A DNA stretch of 41,294 nucleotides, taken from the NCBI RefSeq assembly GCF_006345805.1, contig NW_021835377.1, positions 1-41,294 of the forward strand, in the 5' to 3' direction. Source of the DNA: Octopus sinensis (lineage: Eukaryota). Below, in pieces: positions 1-13,014 of the stretch. The notes beneath the pieces are model-generated. The model worked only from the letters and a program-made list of their open reading frames with translations, had not been told where the DNA came from and ran no database searches. Both the position numbers and the translations under genes were made by a program. Position 1 is the stretch's first letter, and each line of letters starts with the position of its first letter.

Positions 1-572
1 TCCACTTGGACAATGAAAAGGTCAGTGCAGCTGTATATTACACATTTAAATACATATAACCATTGTAACCTACGGTTTTAGTTTGTTTCCTTATGTGCGT
101 GGTTTTTGCTGAATCCGCGTTGTCGATCATGTTTAAACCCCTACTTCTACAGTCTTTACTGAACCAGTAGGTGGATTATGGGTGATCGGAGAGACGTTCC
201 AACCGTGACGATCGGAAAAACTATGTCATCGATGTAATGGCTCTTTCTATACATATATATGACAATTTTTCCAAGGACAATGGTTAAAATTCAAACTTGT
301 TTTATTTTATATTTATTTTAAAATATTTTCATGCATACATATATAAACACATGTTACGTTTACACTGCTCATATGTGCATGCATGTACATATTTATACAC
401 AAATAATACACAACATACGGCACACACATACCCAGACACTATACACACTATACATCACACTACGTACATACATATCAAACAATGTCGCCTCGTACGGTTA
501 TATATAAACATGCATATATGTATTTTAGTACCATGCATTTCAACATTTATGCATGGATTACTACATGTAAAT

Positions 573-597
573 GAGAGAGAGAGAGAGAGAGAGAGAG
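573..597. repeat. (GA)n microsatellite
   Basis: Direct reading. Confidence 0.95.
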
Positions 598-754
598 GTG
601 CTTATAGAATACTTGTTCTAAACGATTATCAAGAACACACACTCACACATGAATCATAAACTCCGTATTTTTGTACGTGTTCCGCAAAAAAAAAACAGAA
701 GAAAATAAGCTGTAAATGTATCTATTTTACAATTTATGAACCAAGCAAATACGA

Positions 755-835
755 AACTATGGCGGCTGAAAATTGGTGTCTGACTTTTCGCAAAGCATTG
801 TGGGATTGTTGTCGTATGCTTTTCAATGGCGACGG
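755..835. promoter_or_regulatory. Putative housekeeping-type promoter: ZNF143/Staf-like site plus two YY1-like ATGGCG motifs
   Basis: GCATTGTGGGATTGTTGTC at 795-813 resembles the reverse complement of the ZNF143 SBS (ACTACAATTCCCACAATGC). ATGGCGGC at 759-766 and AATGGCGAC at 825-833 resemble the YY1 core. The region is locally CpG-rich and non-repetitive. Confidence 0.45.
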
Positions 836-1392
836 TCTCTGTTTTTTTATTGAATTTTCGTCTTTGAATGTTTTTCCTGCAGCTAACAATTATGAAAGAA
901 GTAGTAAGAATTATTATTATTGTTATTGTTAATATCTAGAAAAAATAAGTGAGAGTAGTTGGTGACGATGTAAAGAGAAAAGCTGAAGGAAGTCTGTTGG
1001 TGACGGGAGCCTCTCGGTTTTCATTTTATTTAGTGGCAAAATATATAAAAATTTGGAGTTGAGGTTCATAATTAAGATGTTGGTTAAAACGAAAGATTAT
1101 CTTCGTTTCTAGTAGACCTTTCCGTCAATTTCCGTAAAACTTTTATTTTTTTTTTACATATGGGTTTGCGGGAACTTTGAAGTAATGAGAGCGAAAGAGA
1201 GCTAAGAGGAAGCGATTGTATGAGGAGGGATTTTCTTTTTGAAGTTACCGCGAATGGGAAGCTTTGATGTACTGTGGTGTGTGGTGTGTGTGTGTTTGAT
1301 GGGGTGTGCGAGACAGAAAGTATGTTGTGTAAGGAAGTGCTCTGTTAGGTGTGTGAAGAGACAGAGAGAGATAACTGAAATTTTTTACTCGG

Positions 1393-1551
1393 TGTATGTG
1401 TATATGTATGTATGCATGTATGTGTGTGTGTGTGTATGTATCTGTGTGTGTGTGTGTATGTATGCATGTATGTGTGTGTGTATGTATGCATGTATGTGTG
1501 TGTGTATGTATCTATCTATGTATGTGTGTGTGTGTGTGTGTATGTATGTAT
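1393..1551. repeat. Compound (TG)n/(TATG)n microsatellite
   Basis: Direct reading; it explains the C/V/M/Y ORFs at 1239-1637. Confidence 0.95.
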
Positions 1552-2939
1552 GGCCGATTCAGTGTTTACATTTCGAGTTAAAACGAGAGATTACCCTTGC
1601 CTGTTTATGTAACGGTCTGCTATGTAGAAAACAATGAGGTTGACTCAATGGAATAATGACAGTGATCGAAGATGTAGACAAATTTTTTTTTATTTAATCG
1701 TTATACATGCCTTGTCGACTGCTATTGTGCAGCCTTAATGTCTCTGTTGATGTGACGATGGTGAAATGGTAAGAAAAAGACGGGAGAGTTATAAAATGAG
1801 GAGGAGATATTCTTCTCATGAGAAAAGAGTTGCATGCAAAGGAAAAAAAAAGTTAAGTCTATAGATGTGCACAGAAACTGAGTGCAAGCATGCATATATA
1901 TGCATGTAACATGAGACATGTAAAAGTTTCCATTGCATAATACTTGGCTGCTGCTTGTCACTTCAAATAAGAGTATTGAACTGATATTAAAGCCAAAAAT
2001 TTCCTTTCGCTACTCTATTAGGAAGTTTTTCATTTTTACTTTCAGAGTTAAAAAATGAATGATTACACTTATTGGTTTACATGCGAACTTTTGTTTATTT
2101 TATATCCTTCTATATGTTGGATATGCAAATTTCACGAAGCGTGGATAGACACAACTGTCTTCAACACAACCCACTTCAGATCTCCACTAAACACAATACT
2201 CTAATAAATATAACTCTGAACAATGTCAACAACTTCCATGAACTCCCAATGACTCTCTTTGTCTCAACCAATATGCTAATTTTTTTATAAGAGTTTTGCT
2301 AGTCCATTCTTCCAATCCCATAGGGTGCCAATGACTCTCACCACAACAGTTTATACATGTAGACTTTTCTTTATACATGTAGATTTTACCAAGCAAGTAG
2401 CCCATGCGAAGCTTCACCTATATGTAAGTACATATTTATTTTGTTAAATTAAGTTTTTCTGTAGTTACCATAGCTGTTTGTAATTGAACACCTGTTTTCT
2501 CTGTGTATATTGAACAATTTCCATAAGACATATATGTTTGCAAATTTAAAATATGTTTTGTTTCCCAATACCATAGTTTTAGTGTCTAGTTCTACTGGTG
2601 GGCATTTTGGGCAAGAGTCTTCGACTATAGGTAGGGACCACAAATGCATTTTAGTGAAAGTGGTTGATGATGCTTATTGCATGTGTGTGTGTGTGTATAC
2701 ACCATATCAATTATGTGATGCATGTTATAGGTAACTGTTGACAAAAGTGCAAAATACTCATTGAAAAATCAATAATTTAGAGTAATGTCAAGAAGGGATG
2801 TGGAATGGATAGTGAAAGTCTGGCTTGAAGGTGTCCCCACAGTATTGCTGCCTGGGCCTATGTGTCATCTTGCTACTGCAAGAGAGTACAGACCATTGAA
2901 TGTTTGTGAAATATTGGCATCTAAGATTATGAACTCTTT

Positions 2940-3250
2940 GGATTTACTGATTACCTGATGTCAGTGAGATTGCCATTGTCAAACAAGAGTTTGTTACCTT
3001 AGTAAGTGTCTACCCCCAACCATGTGTTCCTCTGAAGAGAAAAAAAGGACTAATATTTTTATCTTTCATGAAAAAAGCTTCTGTGCAGTATTCTTTCTGC
3101 TTATAAATCTTCATACTTGGTGATTTCAGAGATAAAAAAATTGGGATATAATTGGGAAACATGAAGCCAGAAAATGCAATAGTAATGCTTGTTTAGTACT
3201 GTGCAAGTGTGTTTCGATTTTTGCATATACTGGGTAACTGTCAATCTCCT
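2940..3250 (+). mobile_element. Highly decayed RTE-type LINE apurinic endonuclease fragment
   Basis: Broken reading gives VTLVSVY-P-T..SSEEKK, FILGDF and IGKH..RKCNSN, matching the APE motifs ISAYAPT / ILGDFN / GKHG...NSNG. Confidence 0.5.
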
Positions 3251-3682
3251 AGTGTGGAGCATGCTGTATTGAGCACCAAATATGTGGGAGTTATTATGTG
3301 ATCAAGATGAAAGGCAATTAGGTCTCTCATTAATTTCTGTTTGGTGAGTTGGCCCTGAGGAAAAATCTAGGCAACAAATTGAAATTAAGGCATGAAAGTC
3401 ATTAGAGACACTTAGAGGATCTAGATCAAATTAGAGAAGTGAAAACATCACAAAGTTTTTGATGGAAGAAATTGGTTCATGTTGGAATGAGTGAATTTGA
3501 ATGAATGTCAAAAATCTTAGTGTGCATGAAAAGCTTGAGAGAGATTTTTGAAAAGGTCTTAATATTAATGTTTCCATTGTGTTTTGCTTCAAAAACTACA
3601 TAGACATGACAGAATTAAATAGACATCCTTATAATTGTTAAAATTTATTTAAGTTATTATTAATTATTATAATGTGAATATC

Positions 3683-4673
3683 TAATATTTAGTAGACAGG
3701 GTCCTTGCATTCAAAAATGCAAGGACCCTAGCAGGCATGCTACTGATCTGATGAATATTCTCTTCATGATTTCTTGCCAAGTTTCTTGCAGTAATATCAA
3801 AATCTGGCTTTAAGGATGCTTTCTTTTTCTTTTTAGGAGTATCCCATCCATTATGCCTCAGATGTGTTCAGTAGGGTTCATATCTGGTGATTGGCTTAGC
3901 TAAGGAAGCTTTTTAATGCCATTCTCTCCACCAATCCTGGGTCTTTTAGTGTTGTGCAAGAAAGCCCTATCTTCCATAAATAGTGTTATTTAATCATTTT
4001 ACTCCTGGAGGTTATAGGAAGAAGATTTTTCTATAATATGGACACATATTTATTTGAGTTTATGTATCCCTCACATTCCACCATTTCTGATTGACTATTG
4101 CTCCAAACTGCTCTCTAGACTATCACATGTTTCATTGTTGGCTGCAATATATTCACGTGAAAATATTGGTGACTGATTCTCCAGACCCACATTCGACCAG
4201 TGTCAGAAAATACAGCAAATCTGGATTCATCAGAGAATTTGACTGTGTCCCAAAGTGCTAGTGACCTCTCTACCATTTCACTTGTCCAATCTTTTTCTCC
4301 ATTTGATATTGGCTGGTCGAAGCAGTGTCTTCTTTCTTGCTGCTCTGCCATAATAGCCATTTTGCGGAGATAACTGACAGCTATTCTGGGACTGACATCA
4401 ACTTATTCTGCTATATTGGAGGCCTTGCAATGAGGATTATCTTACACACTTACTTCTCTTAAGAAAGCAAAGTGTTGTCAGAGGGCCTTAGTCTACCTGG
4501 TAAGGTGATATGGACTACTTTCCCGTTTAGTGAATTGAAAAATTACTCTATTTACTGTAGAAAGTGGAATCACAATGTTTTCTGTGGTTTTAGGCTAAGT
4601 CAGCCTTGAAATAGGCGCAGCATATGGCCTCTTTGTAATTGGACATTTTTAAGGCTTCTTTTGTACATGGCAT
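3683..4673 (-). mobile_element. Decayed Tc1/mariner transposase
   Basis: ORF 4115-4360 has W-DTVKFSDESRF..FSDTGRMWVWR...LQPTMKH. Downstream the minus strand reads SQSPDMNPTEHI*G (SPDLNPIE motif) and SSMPARV...TKY*. The N-terminal HTH-like part reads IPLSTVNRVI. TIRs not found. Confidence 0.85.
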
Positions 4674-5523
4674 GATTAAACAGTTACATATAGAACCTGA
4701 AACATATAAATGTCAATTAATAAAAAAATATAACCTCTTCAAGTTATAATAACAATGTGTTAATGGGTATCTATTTACTTTTGTCATGTTTGTGTACAAT
4801 GTATCATTTGTTACAACTGCACTTGAAAGAAAAAGAAACCTTTAGTAGAAAATTAGCATTAGCTACGACAATGTTACCCAACTATTAAATCTTATATTTT
4901 CAAACTCATGCTAGATGGAAAAATGAACGTAGGTATGAGACTTATTTTTACACATGTATTGATGCATATAAAACATGAAATTATGTTGTCTACATACTTA
5001 AATATTTGCAATTAATTCATTGTAAGAACATAGAATTTCGACAGGTTTCTTGAGTTGTTGCTCATCTACAATAATCTGATAAATTTGAGGTTATTGTTGG
5101 TTTGCATAAGATTGTCATTGAATTTTCTCTAGACAGAAGTATCTAATCATTTTATCCATACTAGCATGGTTGTGTTATCATGTTGATATCTGTTTCAGTT
5201 TTAATTCCCTCTGCAATAGTTTTCTTTTTTGTGTTTATGCAATATGGTACTTTCATAAAATACAGTTGTCTCTTGCCTTACACAGTATTCTGTTTCTTAC
5301 TTTCACTTTAGCACAATTTTGCTCATTTTCCTCTATTTGTTTCTTTTTGTTTTTGTTTTTACAAATATAGAAGTAGAACCTGCTTCAGTTTCTCATAATA
5401 TTTTGTTAAATATTTTTGAATTTGAAATATTAAAATTGATTTCACTGGAAATGAAAATTCAATGTATAAAATTAACTTTAAACTAGATGTTCAGCATAAA
5501 ATGCAAAAGTTTTACAAAAAGAA

Positions 5524-5995
5524 TTGTCATCATCATCATCATCATTTAATGTCCATTATCTATGCTGGCATGTGTTGGACAGTTTCATCAGGGCTGGTAA
5601 GCTGAGGGTCTGCAGCAGACTCCAGTCTGATTTGTCATTGTTTGTATGGCTGGATTTTCTTCTTAACATCAAGCACTCCATAAGTGTTGTGGGCAGGGGT
5701 TGTGAAAAAATTAATTGATGGGAAATTATTACAATATATTGTCTTCTAAGGCACGGCATGTCATGAAAGGTGTCGGTCATTAGTCTTGCCTTTATAAGTT
5801 TCAACAGTCAAAGATCATGCATTACCACCTTGTCCAATGCCTTCTTATGTCTACTTCTTCTGCCATGTAGCATAGTTGTCTGCACAGGTAAATAAATCTG
5901 GCTTTCACTCTGAAGGAGAGAACCTTAGTTACCAAACAGAGGAAGGAGCTCTCTGAATTTGCTCAGCCTATTTTTATCTTGCAGCCACACTCTTG
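5524..5995 (-). mobile_element. 3' remnant of an old RTE-type LINE with (ATG)n tail
   Basis: (CAT)n tail at 5527-5545 followed by TTTAATGTCC..ATGCTGGCATG. Minus 5880-5990 is a decayed SVAARIRIGWAKFRELL..VTKG.SLRVK-type RTE C-terminus. Confidence 0.6.
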
Positions 5996-6799
5996 GTTCA
6001 TCCACCTCTGCTACTGACTTTGTTGCTCAACAATCTTTATCGTACTCCCTGGTATTTGATGAAGCCCATTTCTGTACACTTTTTTTGTTTACTGTACATG
6101 TACACCTTCCACATGCAAAAAATATTTCCCAGTTTACCTTCCTCTGATATTGCTACACCTATTATGTGTTATACAGAGTACATCTACCTACCTGTTTCCT
6201 TCATATTGAGGATGGCCATGTACCTGAAGGGCTTTACGATTTATCTGTTTTCCTACTTACTAAGACTTTGGGTTATGGTTGGGTAGGTTAATTCTGTGAC
6301 CTTTCAATTCTAGACCTTGCTTCCGTACGCACAATTTGTTTTCTAGTTCTGGTAGTGATTTAGCTATAAGAAGAAGCTCATTAGTAAATAAGTGTGAAAA
6401 CTCTTTGCTTTCACAAACACTTTATGTACACTGATTGAAGCAATGAAAAAAAAAGGTCCTCGGTATACATGAAACGTGAAGGAAAATATTTGGATAATGA
6501 AACTAATAATGTATGGGTAATTGAATGTAATGTAATAAATGATAATATATGAGTGTTCAGTTGTCATCCTCTATGCCCTCCCCAATTCCTTTGAGAGAAG
6601 CAAAGAAGACTAATAATATGTATTAAATGATTAACGAAAATAATAATTAGTGCAAGAGACCCTTAATCAATATTGACGGTGTGACGATCAAGGAGCAATG
6701 TGTCAGTTATGCATCAGGCTTTTAGTCTTTTGTGAGTCTGGCAGAGCGACTAACAGGACAATTGCTGGATGGAGGATAAACTGCATCAGGCAAGGGTCA

Positions 6800-7420
6800 C
6801 TTTTGGAAAAGCAGGGGTTTCAAGGGGTGTTGGGTATGACCACTTGTGGTAAAGGTGTGGTAAGTTGCGTGGCTCTGTGGGTAGGCGGTGAGATGCATTT
6901 CTGGTCATGGTAATTTTGGAGTCGGGAAGTGGGCATTGGTGTTGCAGCTGCATGAGGTGCTGTTAAAGTCGGTTGAGAAGGTAGTCTCATCACTGGTGTT
7001 GGCGTAGGGAACGCATGTGGTCCAGACACCATGAGCAGTGGGCCATGGGGAAGAAGCAGTAGATACTTCCAGAGAATTTTTTGCACAGTGTGACTCAGCC
7101 TGATCCATCCACTCTCAACATGTACAGATCGAAATGACGTACATCTAAATGGCACCAGTTTTCCCCCCATTTGTAGGATGGGTCCAAACTTGGCTCTGGA
7201 TTAGGACAGAGTTCGAAAGAAGTGAGCATGTGTGTTTTGACAACCGTTCAGTAGCACTCATGTTGTGTTTACGCAGGTCTTCTTTTCAATAAGTCGTAGT
7301 TTCATGCCATGTGGAATGTAGCTTGTACTTGCCGGGATGGATGGGAATAAAGTATTGTATAGGGCTGCCAAAGATGCACATAATCAGCATAGAGGAGTTG
7401 CTAGGGTCTGCCTGTTTTAT
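6800..7420 (-). mobile_element. Possible decayed Ty3/Gypsy integrase C-terminus
   Basis: Broken minus-strand reading FGSP..., AKFGP..GE..HLDV...WIRLS resembles the GPY/F-domain region. Weak similarity. Confidence 0.3.
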
Positions 7421-7449
7421 ATTCATTCTGTTTTATTACCTGAATGATT

Positions 7450-7635
7450 ATGATACCAACAAAAGTCAAGTACATAGGTTTATACTTGGTTAGGTACTTC
7501 TCCTGGGTTTCATATACCAGAATATATCATGACTGGTGTTTTCTTCCTGATACAAAACCAAATTGCATCTCATCTAGATTAAGTCTTTTCCTAACTAGTT
7601 GGGCTATGATCCTCTCCGTGACTTTCATCATCTGA
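7450..7635 (-). mobile_element. RTE LINE reverse-transcriptase fragment
   Basis: Minus strand translates as MKVTERIIAQLVRKRLNLDEMQFGFVSGR...QEKYLTKYKPMYLTFV, a typical RTE RT subdomain 2-3 sequence. Confidence 0.75.
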
Positions 7636-8567
7636 AGAAATTAGTGCCAGTGCAAGCACTTTATTTTTAAAGCACACATCAGGCATATGTCAACATATTA
7701 GCAATGAGAAAGCGCTCTAATCGATGTCTACCTATATACATACATATATGCAGGGTAGCCATGTACTTTCTCTACAGCGACACACCTCTGCCTGTCTCTC
7801 TATCATACTACAGGTTAGGATGAAGCCACCTCTCTCACTACTAGCAGTCCACTCATCCTTGAAATTTACTTTTTAATTTTACTAGTGTCGGTGTTACCAA
7901 AACTTTTCTCAGACATAAAACCATGTGAAACAGACATTAGATGTACGTGTAGTAATTCATCTCAGATAGTGTGAATAGTCCAACCCATGACAACATGAAA
8001 ACGAATGTTAAATGATGATGACACACATACACGTTAATTGTATTTCTTATATTAATTTCAATAATTAATTTGTTTCTATTTATAAATAAAAACAATTGAT
8101 TTCACATGAGAATGATTAGTTTGATGACTTGTGGAAGCAATGTACTGTGTAAATGTAAGGACAACTGTATTTATTAAACAAGTGTATTTCATGATTCGAC
8201 ACATAGATAAAACTTGACTTTCAAGTGTTGGTTGATATTTTGCTTGTTGTTTGCATATCATGCCTTGTATTATAGATCCCAAATGGCCAAAGGTAAGTGG
8301 TTTTTCTTATTTTGGTGTGGGTTTGCTGTTAGGATTGTTTTTCAGAGTTTAGTCTATATTAGGGTCAGCTTGAGGATTGTGAAGGGTTTTTAGAGAGAAT
8401 AGTCAAGTAAGAGAATCAAAGTTTGAACTAGGGGTTAGGATTTGGGTGATGAGGAGGGTGTAGAGATTGACAGGTTTATTTATAGTGTTGATGACTGTTT
8501 TATATCGGGTTTAGCATTGAAAAGCAGGGATGAGGGCTGGGTGCTTAGATAAGATGCGGATGTCAAG

Positions 8568-8966
8568 TTAACCCAAGTTATCTCCATGGTGGTCTTTGGC
8601 ATGTTGGTAGAGTATAGAAGACTGTTTTCTGTCGTCAAGTTGTCTTAGATGTTCATTTATCCGTTCCGCAATGCTCTTAGACATCTCCTCTATGTACATC
8701 ATGTTCATGTCCTTACAAGCACCTTCTATGCATCTTATATTGTAAACTACACTTCGAGTTCTACAGTTAATACCAGGGCTAATTCTACATGTCATGCAGT
8801 TATCAATTGTGCATATGGTATTCTTAAACGGACATTCCTTCATAATGTGTGACCTGATGGAGTTCCTTGGCTTTTCAACAATTTTAATGTTGAGTTTGGT
8901 CTCTTTCAGAGCTTTTCTAAATCTAAGGGCTAGTTCTCCATGGGCTGTGGTCTCTACTAATATCAC
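8568..8966 (-). mobile_element. Penelope-like element GIY-YIG endonuclease remnant
   Basis: CTIDNCMTC...CRTRSVVYNIRC...MYIEEMSKSIAERINEH...SILYQHAKDHH: Cys linker plus the VVY/YIG, R..EH and H motifs of Penelope GIY-YIG domains. Confidence 0.85.
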
Positions 8967-9067
8967 TCCTTGAATTTTTACTGGTGAGTGTGTATTTAAT
9001 AATAAGGCACTAAAAGAGAAAGACTCTCCCCAGACACAAACAGAATATCACTGTTTTCGCTAATTAC

Positions 9068-9452
9068 TCTTTCACTCACTTTTGCTACTTTCAGTTATTT
9101 GACTGCGGCCATGTTGGAGCACCGCCTTCAGTCAAACAAATAGAGCCCAGGACCTATTCTCTTTGCTGAACCGTTCAGTTACGGGTGCGTGAAAACAGCA
9201 GCATCGTTTGTCAGCGATGTTCGATGGATAAAGAGGCATACAAACGTATATGTATGTATATATATATGTATATATATATATATCACACATACGATGGGCT
9301 TCTTTAGTTTCCGTCTACAAATCTATTCACAAGGCTTTGGTCACCCCGAGGCTATAGTTGAATACACTTGTCCAAGGTTCCATGCAGTGGGACTGAACCC
9401 AGAACACTGCGGTTCGTAAGCAAGCTACTTATCACAAAGCCGCTCCTACGCC
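9068..9452 (-). mobile_element. Octopus tRNA-derived CORE-type SINE (internally deleted)
   Basis: Minus head GGCGTAGGAGCGGCTTTGTGATAAG (A box) and GGGTTCAGTCCC (B box), then CORE-like CCTTGGACAAGTG, a central (TA/CA) tract and 3' GCGGTGCTCCAACATGGCCGCAGTC; homologous to 39041-39451. Confidence 0.85.
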
Positions 9453-9457
9453 TAGCA

Positions 9458-9525
<68 letters not shown>

Positions 9526-10036
9526 TTATCTACTTATAAACTGAAATGCGAAAAGTTTGTTTGTTTGTTGTCTCGAACGTTTAAAGGCCACTACATCCCT
9601 GTCGGATTGACTCCCAAATTTACGGTTCGTGAGCAATCATTCTAACAGAAATGCGCGCACAACCAGACACAGAATGTCACGGTTCAAGGTCAACATGTTT
9701 AAAACATAAATAGCTACGAGTTTGCGTATATGCATGTATCTATGTGCATGAGTGCGGTCGTGTGTTTTCAGAATGTCACAGTTTTAAGGTCAACATATTT
9801 AAAACATAAATAGGTACGAGATTGCGTCTTTGCGTGTATCTATATTCGTGAGTGCGGATGTGTGGGTGTTTGTGCGTGTGTGAGCACAGTCCACCTATAC
9901 CCAAGGTGGATGCATTGTCTTATGGGACCCAGCCGCGAAAGTTCCGGACCCCATTAATGAACTCATTTGCATACAAACAATTAGGGCTCACCTTGAACTT
10001 GTCCGGTTAACAAACAGTAGTGTCTGAATGGGAATT

Positions 10037-10362
10037 AGCTTGCTTACCTAACAAATGTTTCCGAGTTCAGTCCCACTGGGTGGCACGTTGGGCAAATGTC
10101 TTCTACTATAGTCCCGGGCCGACCCAAGCCTTGTGAGTGGATTTGGGAGACGGAAACTAAAAGAAGACTGTCGTATATATATATATATATATATGTGTAG
10201 CAGTAAGAGTGGCTGTGGTATGTAGCTTGCTTTCCAAACGCGGTGATTCTGGTTCAGTCCAACTACGTGGCCCCATGGGCAAGTGTCTTCCAATATAGCC
10301 TCGGACAGACCAACGTTTCTGAGTAGATTTGGTACACCGAAACAGAAAGTAGCCCGTCGTAT
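10037..10362 (+). mobile_element. Two tandem 5' halves of the same SINE family
   Basis: GTTCAGTCC B boxes, GGGCAA(A/G)TGTCTTC CORE motifs and GAAAC...AAG...CGTCG ends, separated by (TA)n. Confidence 0.8.
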
Positions 10363-10371
10363 ATATAATGT

Positions 10372-10464
<93 letters not shown>

Positions 10465-11103
10465 CATAGGTATATATTGACAGATATATGTATATACATA
10501 TAGATATTTAAACATATAAGGATGGCCATAATGGGACATCCGACTCGCTAGAGAGAGCAGTTAACTCCAAAAAAGCGTAAAAGTGCATGTCATGTCTGAA
10601 TAATATTTTCGAGAGTTATTCCCTCTGCACATTATAATTTAATAAAGTAATATAATTATATGTAAGGAAAGTAACTCTGAGAGTTTATCTAGTGGTCTCC
10701 CTTCCGAGAGAATTATAATATTCAGGGAAGTAACTGTAGAAGATACTGTGTAGTTATCTCCCTTAAGTATGTAGTTATCGTAATATAGACTTTGTCGCTC
10801 TTAGACTCTTTCAGTTATTTCACTGTGACCATGGTGGAGCACCGCCTTTAGTCAAGCAAATCAACCACAGGAATTATTCTTTGTATGCCTATTACTTAAC
10901 GTATAGGTCTCTTTTGCAGAACCGATAAGTTACGGGGACGTAATTTCGATATACTGATTTAGTAGTATTTATTTTATTGTAAAAATTTCAATTATCATAA
11001 ATTATGGGCTAGGAAGATTATAAAACTTTTTTGATATACCTATTGGCTCCTTGTGAGTGTGGGACTGTATTTATGTGAATGTGGATATTTTCAACTCAGT
11101 GTT

Positions 11104-11134
<31 letters not shown>

Positions 11135-11562
11135 TGTGTGTGTGTGTGATGAGTGTTTTTATTTCTGTGTCTCCAATATAGCCTCGGACAGACCCAACAT
11201 TTCTGAGTAGATTTGGTACACGGAAAAAGAAAGTAGCCCGTGGTATATAGATAGGTGTGTATATATATATATACTAAGTAATTAAGGTTTAGCACGATTT
11301 GCCTCACCACACACCGAGTTATAGAAAGAGCAGTCAAAGAGTTATAGCTATTCTTTCTACTAAAAGGGAATCTCAGTAAAACCACACACTTAAAGGCTAT
11401 TTCTAAACTCGGTGTGTGTTGAGGCAAATCGTTGCTAAACCCTTAATTACATTGTATTACTTGAACTTTCTTCGAATGGGGCTTTTACATACAGAAATCT
11501 ACTTGGTGAAATTAATGATTATTGCAAATTAATTAATTTCTCCCTATATTATTACTGATAAC

Positions 11563-11598
<36 letters not shown>

Positions 11599-12300
11599 CA
11601 TAGGTATATATTGACAGATATATGTATATACATATAGATATTTAAACATATAAGGGGTTGCATAATGGGACATCCTACTCACTAGAGAGAGCAGTTAAAC
11701 TCCAAAAAATCCTAAAAGTCTGTCATGTCTGAATAATATATTCGAGAGTTATTCCCCCTTCACATTATAATTTAATAAAAGTAATATAATTATATGTTAG
11801 AAAAGTAACTCTGGAAGATGTTATCTAGTTATCTCCCTTCCGAGAGTTAATTTCCTAAATATTATTTTATTATTGTTAATTTATAATATTCAACGGAAGT
11901 AACTGTAGAAAATACTTTGTAGTTATCTCCCTTAAGTATGTAGTTATCGTAATATACACTTGTCGCTGTTAGACTCTCAGTTATTTCACTGTGACCGTTG
12001 GGAGCACCGCCTTTAGTCAAGCAAATCAACCACATGAATTATTCTTTGTATGCCCATTACTTAATGTATAGGTCTCTTTTGCAGAACCGATAAGTTACGG
12101 GACGTAATGTTCGATGTACTGATTTAGTAGGTATTTATTTATTGTAAGAACTTCAATTATCATAAATTATGGGCTATGAAAGATACTAGAAACTTTTTGA
12201 TAGACCTATTGGGGCTCCTTGTGTGTGTGGGACTGTTTTTATTTATGTGAGTATGGGTATTTTCATTTCAGTCTTTGTGTTTGTGTGAACGTTTTATTTC
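10285..12300 (+). repeat. Direct tandem duplication (~0.88-kb unit: SINE piece, microsatellites, AT-rich GTAACTCT/AGTTATCTCCC module, SINE 3' piece)
   Basis: 10285-11165 matches 11169-12300 once the 11274-11562 insert is removed. A third copy of the AT-rich module lies at about 14760-15360 and a diverged one at about 19200-19540. Confidence 0.85.
11274..11562. mobile_element. Short head-to-head (inverted) insertion in (TA)n, related to the 545-bp array unit; Penelope-pLTR-like
   Basis: 11279-11332 is the reverse complement of about 11396-11449. It shares GCTATTTCTA, GGCAAA, CTAA.CCCTT, GAATGG, ACTTGGTGAAATT and AATTAATTAATTT..CCCT with the array unit. It is absent from the paralogous site at about 10380-10425. 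Confidence 0.75.
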
Positions 12301-12379
12301 TGTGTGTACGTGTGTGTGAGCGACTGTGTGATTATTCGTTTGTGTGTGTGCGACAATTACAGCTACACAACAAACACTT

Positions 12380-12720
12380 TAAGCATCTCTAAGATACCCA
12401 CATACATTTGCAGATCACTAACTGCTAAATGAAAAGAAGTTCAATTTATTGCGACTTCAGATTTGCGATTGTTAAGCACCCAATGCTCCCTGTATCCATA
12501 CTTGGATCGGCCCATAATTGGCCTCATTCGGAGATCTCTCGGGTGTGGAATATTTATGACTAGAAGTGAACTTGTTACAGGTTTTGTTTATGGCTTAGCT
12601 TATTTAGATTTTGGGAAGTCCACAGATGTTACTGGCTTTGCAGTCAAATCTAGTCAAGCATTTGTATTTTTGTCTCCTTTTTTGTTAAATCGTTTTGGAA
12701 ATGGTGGATACGAGTAGACA
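12380..12720 (-). mobile_element. Penelope-like RT N-terminal remnant (copy 1)
   Basis: Paralogous to 16060-16440; the minus strand shows GLPKSK and DLRMRPIMGR. Confidence 0.6.
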
Positions 12721-12931
12721 GTTTATTTATTCTTAGCGGTTCGGCAAAGAGAATAAGTTAGAATAAATACTAGGTTTACAAAGAATAAGTGCTTCGGAGA
12801 CTATTGCTCGACTAAAGGCGGCGCTCCAGTGTTTCTCTTTCATTGAGAAACCTTGCATCTGTATGTCCGATGGTTCGTGCGTGCATGGTCGTGTGCCATT
12901 CGAGTGCGAACACAGACAGACACACACACAC

Positions 12932-13009
<78 letters not shown>

Positions 13010-13014
13010 ATATA

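Noticed and set aside
297-1637. His/Thr/Tyr- and Cys/Val-rich ORFs (also at 10.0-10.5, 12.7-13.1, 31.6-32.5 and 37-40 kb)
   Set aside because: They are translations of (CA)n, (TG)n and (TA)n microsatellites.
2030-5400. Candidate splice acceptors (about 2045 and 5370) as host exons
   Set aside because: No coherent reading frame or matching donor site.
8076-8560. Second Penelope remnant next to the GIY-YIG ORF
   Set aside because: Only faint similarity (MGSII...CR...CL..VV), too decayed to support.
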